Below are positions 21,913 to 30,928 of a DNA stretch of 64,000 bases, piece after piece. This DNA is from an uncultured Candidatus Poseidoniales archaeon (GTDB taxonomy: Archaea; Thermoplasmatota; Poseidoniia; Poseidoniales; Poseidoniaceae). Position 1 is the stretch's first letter. Every line of letters begins with the position of its first letter. Below the pieces are notes generated by a model. The model was given only the letters and a program-made list of their open reading frames with translations. It was not told where the DNA came from and searched no databases. The stretch is from contig CACEWA010000003.1 in the NCBI GenBank assembly GCA_902563095.1, positions 1,372 through 65,371 of the forward strand, read 5' to 3'. The position numbers were made by a program, and so were the translations under genes.

Positions 21913-24900
21913 CTACAAATTTTCAACAAAGTATGCTTTATTTCCGCCCTGTTCTACAATTATGAATGAGTAGTAGCCCCACTCTTCATCATAATCTGTC
22001 TCTATTACCACTTGGGTTTTCGATATAATATTAATCATACCAATTTTTCCATTTTCTAGATATAAATCATAGCCGTTTTCTTGAGTTGGACCTTCAAATG
22101 GATAAATCCCTGCAACTTGATCATCATATTGTTCATCATCGATATCGATTCTTTCATGAGACTTAATTACAAGATCATGTTTCTGTTGCCTTTTCCTACC
22201 AGATACGACTTTCTTCATCGATTTGCCGTCCCTTATTGTTCGAAGGATTTTACCAGTGGACATCATTGGTATGTCTGGTCCCAAATCACGCTCGATGAAG
22301 AAATCATCCATTCTGCATTTTGAACATGGCATAATTACCTTTCTTTCGTTATCAGATTTTGTCGAATTTTCTTTGATTTGATCTATACAAGACGGTTCGG
22401 ATGTCAGGCCTATCGTTTTAGAAAATAACTGCCTGAAACATCCATCTTGTTTATCACTTCGTGCGATTTTCAAAAAATCATCCAATTCCTTCTTTCCTTC
22501 TTTATGGCGATTCTCTAAATTAGTCAGACCGTCTCGAATTCCATCTTTGAAATCGTCAAATGACATGAAGTCTGAATTGACCTTAATTACAACTAATCGA
22601 TTTTGTCCTTCAGGAGTTTTTAATCCTTCAGACCCTTGTTTCTGTAGTTGATCGATCACACCTTGATAACCGTTAGAATCTAAGCAATCTTTCAGTAACA
22701 CAGGTTCACCTTGTTGTTTAAACAAAACAGGCGGATGGAAGCCAAGTAGCTCAATTTTACCCTGGCGTTGGAGGCATGCTATTGACCACAATCTCAGGCT
22801 TAGTAGTTCCTTAATTTTCTTCATTTTTGAATAATCCTTATTCCATGTGTCATTATCAAATACTGAATTAGATTTCATATGCTGCTGAACCATATCATAT
22901 TGCTGTCCTTCTGGCATTGCTTCTCCTTCATTTTCTTCATCATTTCCTTGTGAAATGTATTCGATATTTTCGTCAACTAAAGTAGTCCAAAATTTCTGGC
23001 CTACATCTGATGAAATATCCAAAACAAGATATCCGTTTTCAGTAACATATGAATGATTTTGATTTAGCATGTCCCAAAATCTCTCCGCAGTTAGCGCTAA
23101 TTGCATTCTGGGATTGAATGGTCGTGATTTACCAAACAATACGCCTTTACAAAAACCACTCTTTCGATAACCAAATTTATCCCATTCACTTTGACGAGCA
23201 GCACGGCCAAAACCTTGATACAAATCTGATAGAGAATATGGCATTCCGAAGTATGACACAAGCCAAACATCCGGCTTATCAACCCCCATGCCAAATGCGC
23301 TTGTTGCAATCATTGCACGGACTTCATTATTGACAAATTCTTTCAGGCGCTTTTGTCGAGAAATAGGACTTGTCTTCCCAGTGTAGGTCTTTACCAATTG
23401 TTTAGTATTGTCTGCAATAATTTCTGTTGCATGTTTTTTCAAAAAACCATTTGCATCATCAGGATAAGGGGTATAAACAAGAATTGGAGATGGATTCCCC
23501 CCCTCTCTAAATTTAGTTCCATTCGACATCTTATTCCAATCTTCATTTATTTCCAAACTTATCTCATTTAACTGGTTGAACATTTCCCTTGATAAATTCT
23601 CAATCACAGTTCTGTTTTCTTCCTTGTCACCCTTGAGACTACCGTGATGTTTTATCTCGAAATAAAGATCTGGTCGCGTTCCTTCTTTATCGATTCTAAT
23701 TGCAGTAGTCTTCCCACCAGTCATTTTTTTATGATTTAATCCTGAAGAAAATAACCGAATCAATTCTTTTTCTTCTGATATTGAAATAGTTGCAGACATC
23801 AAAAGTACACGCAAAAATGGATTACGATCTAACAGCCTATCTTTAACTAGGCTTAGCAATTGGAACTGGGGTCTAATTGAAGCTCCCCATGAACCGATGA
23901 TATGTGCTTCATCAACAACCATCATACTGAAGGGGACCTTCATTCTTGCAAAGGTTTCCAACCAATGATTTCTCTTTCTTTTGGGGTCCATTAAGTCCTC
24001 TGGAGAGCAACACAGTACATCGATCTCATTATTCCTTAATTGCTCCATTTTTTCGGGGTCTCTGGTCAAATCACCCGTTGTTAGGAATCTAGATTTAATT
24101 GTCGATAGCCCGGCATTTTCCAACCTTTCATTAAGATCTACGCTCCATTTTTCACGCTGGTCATCCATTAATGCAACCAATGGAGATATAATCAAAGTTG
24201 GACCTTTATCTCCATCGCTTTTAGACCAGCCTGATTTTGATGAATCATTGCAATATAGATGGTTTTTCCTTAACAAGTATGTGGCTATTTGGACGATTCT
24301 AGTTTTCCCATATCCTGTTGGAAGAGCAGCAATTGTAAGCGACCCTGGTTTACTCAAAACTTGTTCAATCGTTTCAAACTGTTTAGCCTTTGGCGCTTGC
24401 CCCCATAGTGGATTAGTTAAGTGGGAGAAAAATACGTTGGCTGATTTCCAATCCTCCCAACGTTCATCTATCAATTGTTTATGCTGCTTTTCTTCTTTGT
24501 CACCCGCGATTAGCGCGTTGGGGAAAATTTGATCAAAAGGATTCACATCTACCCTGTGAATTACGAAAGGATCGGTGGACTCTGGGTCAGCATCATCACA
24601 CAATCGTGTTATCTTCAATCCAAATGGTGCGAGGCACGATGCCAAACTATCGTACTTTGCTGACTTCTTTTTCTTTGAATTTAGTTGCTTTGACCCAGTA
24701 GCGAATGTCACATCTCCAACTATGTAATCTAGGTCTGAAAGTAACCTGCTTCGAATCATAAATGATTCATCAAAATCTGACGCTTGAGATAAATCTGCAG
24801 TTGGTTGTATCGACTTTCTCCTTGATTTATTGACAATTCTTGATTTGTTCACCCAAGGAACAAGGTACTTTTCCCCCTCATCACCCCAAATCATGAATCC

Positions 24901-24960
24901 ACAGTCATCACACATTATAGTGCCTTTTTGAGAACTGTGAGATTCATGTTTACAAGACAA
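21913..24960 (-). CDS. RecQ-family-like SF2 DNA helicase with N- and C-terminal extensions
   Basis: 1015 aa. Motifs: ALPTGYGKT, MVVDEAHIIGSWG...IRPQF, LLMSATIS, ATSAFGMGVDKPDVWLVSYFGMPYSLSDLYQGFGRAARQ (close to the RecQ ATvAFGMGIDKpdVR...YyQEtGRAGRDG). N-terminal Cys cluster CKHE...CDDCGF. Confidence 0.85.
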   Translation of the reverse strand: MSCKHESHSSQKGTIMCDDCGFMIWGDEGEKYLVPWVNKSRIVNKSRRKSIQPTADLSQASDFDESFMIRSRLLSDLDYIVGDVTFATGSKQLNSKKKKSAKYDSLASCLAPFGLKITRLCDDADPESTDPFVIHRVDVNPFDQIFPNALIAGDKEEKQHKQLIDERWEDWKSANVFFSHLTNPLWGQAPKAKQFETIEQVLSKPGSLTIAALPTGYGKTRIVQIATYLLRKNHLYCNDSSKSGWSKSDGDKGPTLIISPLVALMDDQREKWSVDLNERLENAGLSTIKSRFLTTGDLTRDPEKMEQLRNNEIDVLCCSPEDLMDPKRKRNHWLETFARMKVPFSMMVVDEAHIIGSWGASIRPQFQLLSLVKDRLLDRNPFLRVLLMSATISISEEKELIRLFSSGLNHKKMTGGKTTAIRIDKEGTRPDLYFEIKHHGSLKGDKEENRTVIENLSREMFNQLNEISLEINEDWNKMSNGTKFREGGNPSPILVYTPYPDDANGFLKKHATEIIADNTKQLVKTYTGKTSPISRQKRLKEFVNNEVRAMIATSAFGMGVDKPDVWLVSYFGMPYSLSDLYQGFGRAARQSEWDKFGYRKSGFCKGVLFGKSRPFNPRMQLALTAERFWDMLNQNHSYVTENGYLVLDISSDVGQKFWTTLVDENIEYISQGNDEENEGEAMPEGQQYDMVQQHMKSNSVFDNDTWNKDYSKMKKIKELLSLRLWSIACLQRQGKIELLGFHPPVLFKQQGEPVLLKDCLDSNGYQGVIDQLQKQGSEGLKTPEGQNRLVVIKVNSDFMSFDDFKDGIRDGLTNLENRHKEGKKELDDFLKIARSDKQDGCFRQLFSKTIGLTSEPSCIDQIKENSTKSDNERKVIMPCSKCRMDDFFIERDLGPDIPMMSTGKILRTIRDGKSMKKVVSGRKRQQKHDLVIKSHERIDIDDEQYDDQVAGIYPFEGPTQENGYDLYLENGKIGMINIISKTQVVIETDYDEEWGYYSFIIVEQGGNKAYFVENL

Positions 24961-24970
24961 AATATCACAC

Positions 24971-25471
24971 TCAGTTGATTTTCTTTAGAAGACCCGATTC
25001 TTCCAAACTTGAAATATATGCCATCAATGATTCATAACAATCAGGACTGTTAATGAATAGTCCACACTCTGCGCTGTGTTCCATTGCTGTTTTGCTAAAG
25101 TTAGCCGAACCAATGTACATCATGTTCTTATCAACTGCGACGGCTTTAATGTGAAATTTGGAATAGTTTTCATCTGTATCTCGCCAATGCCATATGCTTA
25201 GGTTATCTCGCCAATCGTGAAATAATTCCAAAAATGAATACGCAGTAGTGCTATTGTCACAGAATAATTTGATACTAGGATTAGTCGATATCAGTCTATT
25301 TTTTATCGCTTGCAACAAAACAAAGTCTGTATTCAAGTTCAGATTATATGCCATTATTACCAACTCAAATTTAGTTTTATTTACAAGGCGATTTATGTCA
25401 TCGACAAGATTTGTACCAAATGATGACTCGACCTGGCTAGGCCATGTAAAACTGATTCTTGGATCTACCAA
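24971..25471 (-). CDS. Single-HKD phospholipase D-family nuclease (Nuc/DrmC-like)
   Basis: 166 aa. A perfect HxK(x)4D(x)6GSxN motif: HIKAVAVDKNMMYIGSANFS. The TTG start lies 1 nt after the upstream stop. Confidence 0.8.
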   Translation of the reverse strand: MVDPRISFTWPSQVESSFGTNLVDDINRLVNKTKFELVIMAYNLNLNTDFVLLQAIKNRLISTNPSIKLFCDNSTTAYSFLELFHDWRDNLSIWHWRDTDENYSKFHIKAVAVDKNMMYIGSANFSKTAMEHSAECGLFINSPDCYESLMAYISSLEESGLLKKIN

Positions 25472-25472
25472 T

Positions 25473-28400
25473 TTACCAGCCCCAGTTCCTGTCTAGAAGA
25501 AGATTGGCTAGTTCACAAGAAGTTTCAGGAAGCAAGACACAAGAATGACAAGCAGCACCATTTGGCTCGTCGATATTTGGATGATGATCAGAGCAAACAG
25601 GGTCATTCGAGCAGGTCCTCAATGAGAGAAGAGCTTCTTTTACCAATTTGTGAATTTTACTAGTTGAGGAACCTCTGCGAACCAAACCTCCGAGAGTACC
25701 ATCTGAAGATGGCCCTGAGGTGTACAGCAAAATTCCACAGTAGATTATCTCATCATTTTCGTCAACATCAAAGTACAACCTTTCCCTAATTGAACCAAGT
25801 GAAAAGCCGCTTGACATTGCCAACTCACGAATTAGTGCATGACTTAGTGTGTGCAATATAGTGAATGCAGAGTTATTCTTTGGATCGACTAGTGCGGGTA
25901 TCTGGTGCTTTACATTTCTTAACCTATTATCGTCATTTGAAAAAATCATATCTCTATGAGATGCATTTTCCAATTTACTATCTCTTTGGTTTTTCATACT
26001 TGTCAGCCATTGAGGTTTGAGATCAAAGAATAGCCCTTCGCCGAAATTATACATTCCAATTCCAAACTCTTCATCAGGAGTATTGCCACGGGTTTCAGGA
26101 TGGTCGATGGGTTGGAAATTGCCTTCTTTAGGATCTAACCTGTCTATGCCAAGTATGTACTTCAATTCAGTCAAGCGATTTATTCGCGTTGCACCTCTGA
26201 GAGGCCAGTCCTCATTTTCCCATAGTACTGGGAACTCTCCGAAATTACCTGCGATAGAGGTTTTATCGAAGCGGTGAGTATCGATTGAATTGTTTTCTAC
26301 GTCGGAATCTATTATTCCATTCCTTTCTCTTCCCCTAAGGTTATTCAAAGTCAGGAAATCTTCGTCCATATGTTTGTTCTTGTAATCCCAAAGAACGCGC
26401 AAGAACTTGTCCCAGTTTGGACCAGCTTCCGGATCATCATCGTCATCAAAATATGTTCCTGATAGGTCAACAGGGTCTCCTAAAACTTCTCTGAGTCCAT
26501 GGAACGCATTCTTGAATTCATCGAATGTTTGATCTTCATTTTGTGCCTTTCTTAACAAGCGTTGAATGTTATCGTTATTCGCTAGGGAAAATGATACATC
26601 TGGTGGTATAAGCAATACCGATGAACCTTGAGAATAACTAACAGATACGTTTCCGACCTGTCTGTGAACCATATGTAAATCACATTCCTCTTTGGCATTA
26701 CCACCCGAAGCTAACCAAGGCCTATGGCCATGACATTTTGGCGCATACCTCTTGTTTGACTGCTCAACCCAAGGGACTTTTTCCATACTGTTTTTCGCAC
26801 CACACTCTTCACATATTACAACCCAATCTGCTAGTGTATAGGCACTGTTCTCACCTTCAACCAATTTGATTTTAGCATTACCATGTCTGCAGGGTTTATC
26901 ATAATCAGTGTCATTAGAATGTGCCCAGAAATTATAGTCAAAAGGAGACAAATGACCATTATCACATATGCTGACGAATCTTGAAGGAGATGTGGGTTTT
27001 CCGCATCCAGGTCTTTGACATGTAGACTCCCCATCTTTCGGAATTACTCCATAATGAACATGTCCGTCTTCACAGATGTAGTTTGTTGGGTATTTCGTAA
27101 CGTTGATGGCACCATATTGCTTATTTCCGTCTTTGTAGGGAGGAACAGAACGCAGAACTCGCTGTTTTCCTTCTGGATTAATGCCTAGGATTTGATTCAA
27201 TGCTGGTTCTGCTATACGCAAACCAGGTACCATCTCATTCTTACCATTAAATGCCGCCATGTGATGCTTCTTGTCCTTACTAACACTAATGTCGTTATTC
27301 CATCTGCTAATACCAAGGGTAAGATAAGGCACTCCTCCTTTTTCCCAAATAAACCCTGGGGCCATATGGCTAAACAAATGAGATTCTGGCATTGAGCCTG
27401 ATGCGTATGGCTTCGTGTCATCTTTGTATGGAACATACGAAATTTCTGTCTCTTCTGCTACATCTCTGAAAGAACCCAACCCGTCTTCATAGTCTTCGTT
27501 ATTTGGATTGTTTGTTGTTCTGAAGGGACTCTTGAGCCAAGACAGGGGTTGGTTAACTTTGATGTTCATCCTTTGCCTATCGTTCCAGACTATCCACCAA
27601 GTGACTTTCTCTTGCTCTTTTGCGTTTCGAACGAATCTCTTCAACCCATCCCATTTTTCGTTAATGATATTCTCGCCTTCAGAGATTATTTGCTCTGACA
27701 TTCCTCTTTGTCTCTGCCGTCTGTTTATTTCTTGGATGAACTCAGAAATTATCTCGTCGCCTCTAACTCTGCAGTCTCCGTTCATTATTCTAGTCAAATC
27801 CTTCGTTTTCCTGACTTGACGAATTGATGACCTCAACAATAACATCATTGTAGATGCAAACGCTCTATCTAAAGCTCTGTGAGAGAATGGTGTAATACTG
27901 GTATGATCTACATGTGAATAGATTTCCTGATGGAATGCTCTGAACAATTCGTAATGTGATTGGTCTCTAGGATAATTTCCCTTCAGTAGGGATAGAACCA
28001 TACCTGGATGTTTTCGACCGACTCTTCCACTGGATTGTATATACTCAGAGTTACTTCTTGGTTGTCCGACTATACTCATTAATCCCAGTCTGCCTATGTC
28101 TATACCCACTTGGAACATATTACTAGTTGAAACTACATCGACGACATTCTTTCCAGATGATAAATCGAACTCTAAGTGCTCTTTTGCAATAGATAATTCT
28201 TCACCAGTCTTTCTACTGGTCAATTCCTTCTCTGAATACAATTCTCTTGGCTTACTATCACTATGCTGAGCGAATAACCTAATCATTTGTGGAATGTTTT
28301 TCCTCAGAGACGATTGCCCTCCACCAAGTTCTCTCAAACTGTTGTAATAGAGTACTAGAGTCCAGTATGGATCTAAGTCTTCATCTTTGACTTCACTTTT

Positions 28401-30854
28401 CTCACGTATTGTTGAAATGTTTTGTAACAATGAAGCAGAGGGGTTGTTTAGCAATGATCTAGCCTTACCTTGTGGTGCAATAATTCCAACGTGTAATCTT
28501 CCCCTCGCTTCTTCCTTGGAAATCTCTTTAGCAAAGAAATTGTCTTTTATTGTTAGTAAGGGTGGAGGGAAAATGTTGAGGCTTCTTCCATACATCAAAC
28601 TAGCATCATTTTCTGCACCACGAATGGTTGCAGTGGCTGCAACATACTTTATTCTGTGACCATCGCAAGTATGCTTCCAAGCAACGTCTAAGGCACACTC
28701 TACAAGGCCTGCAATTGTACCTAATGGTCCAGTTAACAAATGTAGCTCGTCCTGAATAATTAGTGACGGAGGTAATGGTCCGCCTCTACTAGATTCGAAT
28801 CCCATCAGTCTTCTTGCATCATAGTCTTCTAATTGCTCCAAAGACAAGTTATATTCAGGTCGATTTTCAACAGAACTCGGAGTAGGATTGAATGCTAATT
28901 GTGCAAATTTATCTGCAGTTCCCAAAAGAATTGATGGAGGATTCATGTAAATATCTTCATCAACACAAGTAAACGGAACTCCATATTCGAAAGGGCATCC
29001 GCTAGAAGCACATTTTACGGAAAGGATTGGGCGTTTTCTCGCCCATGCTGGAGAGTTATCAGGCGTGGTGATCTCATATCTTGATGCATCCCCTACAGAC
29101 TCATCTCCACACCAAGGGCATGTTGGGAATTGTACTACAGTGCAGTCTCCAGATTCTTCCAAAGCCTTGGCTTTGTCAATCACATCCTGTGTCGTATTGT
29201 TCTTTGGATAATTTGGATTTTTGAAGAAATTGTTAGGACTAGTTTCACTACCAATCCACATTCCAACTCTGAATGGAGTGAAACCAAAATCCTCCCCTAT
29301 GCCGTGTTCATCAGCGACAATGTTCATTGCACCACATGCACGTACTAATCTAGCAGATTGGTCTGCTGTCAACAGACGTAACGTATACCGCATGATTGAA
29401 TGGACGCCTGGAGACTGAATCTCTCTTGCTACGGTCTCTGGGTCTAATCTGCGATAAAAAGAGCAGACTGCAAGGAGACCCAAGTACGCTTCCGTCTTAC
29501 CTCCTCCAGTAGGGAACCAAGCTAAATCAACTATTTCTTTCTCCTCGCCACCTTTAGACAAGAGACCTTTGATATTCAATAATTGGAAGCATATCTGGAA
29601 AGGTCTCCATTTGAAATTATCAATTCTGTATGTGTCAGTAAGCCTACTGTCGGTTTGTGAAATATTGATTGCTTTATTCGCAAGGACAAATGCCTCTCTC
29701 GCAATCTCGTTATCCTTTAGATACTCAATTCCATCAGAGATTCTGGATATGGTGCTATCGACGTGGCCCATGTGCTTATCAAAAATATCCTCATAGTGGT
29801 CAAATAGTGATGGATCATAATCGGAAAAGCGTATACTTTCGCTGGCTGACCATTCTCTGTATCTTTTCATAAATTGTTTCATTTTGTTTAATGCAACAAT
29901 TACTGTTTCTGGGTTTGAAAATTCATTCATCGAGGGTATCAAATCATCTAAAGAAGAGTCTGCTTTCATTACTGGAACCTCAAATGATGGCAAAAATTCC
30001 GTCCAAACTGAGGAATCATCTTCCCAGTTTACGCCTACATTGTGCCCCTTAGCATAAATTGAGGAATCGCTGTATAGCAGAGCCATACTCTTGTCATTAT
30101 CAACAACGTCAGGGGATCTTACTTCCGAAAATATTGAGCTTAAATGAATAACCGGCTGGTGAACTGTTCCACATGCTGCTTCCAAATGTTCTGATTTTGA
30201 ATAAACTCTGTTGTTGACCATTCTAATGGTAATTGTTTCATCGTCTATGCCTCGCTTAACGAACAACTCTAACCCTTCGGAACCTTCGATGTCAATTCTA
30301 TGCTCACGCTGGTTTTTGAATAATAATTCGTTTATTTCGAAATCAAACTCGTATGGACTGCGAACCCATGTTCGCATATCTCCATCCTTGTCTGCAAGTT
30401 CATACTGGCCCCATGATAGATTGACTAGTACCGGGTGGCCCGATAAATCCGATGGCTTTACTGTTAATCCAATAGACCTTGGAGAGAATGAATTTCCAGG
30501 TGAAGAAACTCTCGAATTTATGTGTCTCAAATCCTCTTCAGAGGATTTTGCTGACTCTCCGTTGAATTTTTCTGGAGGAAGATCCTCATCTTTTGAGTTG
30601 AGTAAATCGACATCTTTGTTCTGAATTTCTTCATCAACAGGTTTTGATTCTTCAGCCTTAGCGGGCGAGATGTACCCGCAAAAGTAGTAAGTGTATGGAG
30701 AATTTCTTTGTAGATTCAAGACCTCTACAGGGTTTTCTTCTGTAGTTCCCTCTTTCCAGCTTGGTCCAACGAGATCTCTCTTTAGTGCCTTGAATAGGTA
30801 ATCTCGAACTTGAGATTTGGTGTCTAATGATTTTGGCGCCGACTGTTTGTCCAT
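25473..30854 (-). CDS. 1793-aa DEAH-box SF2 helicase fused to a C-terminal DUF1998 (MrfA-type zinc) module; resembles a DrmA-DrmB fusion or DruE
   Basis: Walker A is FPTGGGKTEAY, DExH is IIQDELHLLTG, motif VI is QSSGRVGRK. A Cys-rich insert follows. The C-terminal CSNDPVCSDHH...GAACHSCVLLPETSCELANLLLDRNW matches the four-Cys DUF1998 pattern. Confidence 0.8.
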   Translation of the reverse strand: MDKQSAPKSLDTKSQVRDYLFKALKRDLVGPSWKEGTTEENPVEVLNLQRNSPYTYYFCGYISPAKAEESKPVDEEIQNKDVDLLNSKDEDLPPEKFNGESAKSSEEDLRHINSRVSSPGNSFSPRSIGLTVKPSDLSGHPVLVNLSWGQYELADKDGDMRTWVRSPYEFDFEINELLFKNQREHRIDIEGSEGLELFVKRGIDDETITIRMVNNRVYSKSEHLEAACGTVHQPVIHLSSIFSEVRSPDVVDNDKSMALLYSDSSIYAKGHNVGVNWEDDSSVWTEFLPSFEVPVMKADSSLDDLIPSMNEFSNPETVIVALNKMKQFMKRYREWSASESIRFSDYDPSLFDHYEDIFDKHMGHVDSTISRISDGIEYLKDNEIAREAFVLANKAINISQTDSRLTDTYRIDNFKWRPFQICFQLLNIKGLLSKGGEEKEIVDLAWFPTGGGKTEAYLGLLAVCSFYRRLDPETVAREIQSPGVHSIMRYTLRLLTADQSARLVRACGAMNIVADEHGIGEDFGFTPFRVGMWIGSETSPNNFFKNPNYPKNNTTQDVIDKAKALEESGDCTVVQFPTCPWCGDESVGDASRYEITTPDNSPAWARKRPILSVKCASSGCPFEYGVPFTCVDEDIYMNPPSILLGTADKFAQLAFNPTPSSVENRPEYNLSLEQLEDYDARRLMGFESSRGGPLPPSLIIQDELHLLTGPLGTIAGLVECALDVAWKHTCDGHRIKYVAATATIRGAENDASLMYGRSLNIFPPPLLTIKDNFFAKEISKEEARGRLHVGIIAPQGKARSLLNNPSASLLQNISTIREKSEVKDEDLDPYWTLVLYYNSLRELGGGQSSLRKNIPQMIRLFAQHSDSKPRELYSEKELTSRKTGEELSIAKEHLEFDLSSGKNVVDVVSTSNMFQVGIDIGRLGLMSIVGQPRSNSEYIQSSGRVGRKHPGMVLSLLKGNYPRDQSHYELFRAFHQEIYSHVDHTSITPFSHRALDRAFASTMMLLLRSSIRQVRKTKDLTRIMNGDCRVRGDEIISEFIQEINRRQRQRGMSEQIISEGENIINEKWDGLKRFVRNAKEQEKVTWWIVWNDRQRMNIKVNQPLSWLKSPFRTTNNPNNEDYEDGLGSFRDVAEETEISYVPYKDDTKPYASGSMPESHLFSHMAPGFIWEKGGVPYLTLGISRWNNDISVSKDKKHHMAAFNGKNEMVPGLRIAEPALNQILGINPEGKQRVLRSVPPYKDGNKQYGAINVTKYPTNYICEDGHVHYGVIPKDGESTCQRPGCGKPTSPSRFVSICDNGHLSPFDYNFWAHSNDTDYDKPCRHGNAKIKLVEGENSAYTLADWVVICEECGAKNSMEKVPWVEQSNKRYAPKCHGHRPWLASGGNAKEECDLHMVHRQVGNVSVSYSQGSSVLLIPPDVSFSLANNDNIQRLLRKAQNEDQTFDEFKNAFHGLREVLGDPVDLSGTYFDDDDDPEAGPNWDKFLRVLWDYKNKHMDEDFLTLNNLRGRERNGIIDSDVENNSIDTHRFDKTSIAGNFGEFPVLWENEDWPLRGATRINRLTELKYILGIDRLDPKEGNFQPIDHPETRGNTPDEEFGIGMYNFGEGLFFDLKPQWLTSMKNQRDSKLENASHRDMIFSNDDNRLRNVKHQIPALVDPKNNSAFTILHTLSHALIRELAMSSGFSLGSIRERLYFDVDENDEIIYCGILLYTSGPSSDGTLGGLVRRGSSTSKIHKLVKEALLSLRTCSNDPVCSDHHPNIDEPNGAACHSCVLLPETSCELANLLLDRNWGW

Positions 30855-30893
30855 GTTATCTCACCCAAGGTAGTTTCTCAGAATTTGTAATCT

Positions 30894-30907
30894 TGTAAAA
30901 TTTTACA
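30894..30907. promoter_or_regulatory. Perfect palindrome TGTAAAATTTTACA (TGTAA-N4-TTACA), candidate operator/promoter element
   Basis: Read directly. It lies in the 74-nt gap between the Cas10-like gene stop (30929) and the helicase-DUF1998 start (30854), 39 nt upstream of that ATG. Confidence 0.45.
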
Positions 30908-30928
30908 TCCCATTTGATTCGCGATTAT

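Noticed and set aside
22081-30624. Many 60-190-aa + strand ORFs inside the minus-strand helicase genes (for example 23981..24532, 30211..30624, 27508..27819)
   Set aside because: All are antisense to long motif-bearing genes in AT-rich sequence, where stop-free antisense stretches are expected.
21913-30854. Calling a complete, canonical DISARM system
   Set aside because: No methyltransferase and no SNF2 or DrmE-like gene is in the array, and the helicase and DUF1998 parts are fused. Only a DISARM/Druantia-like description is justified.
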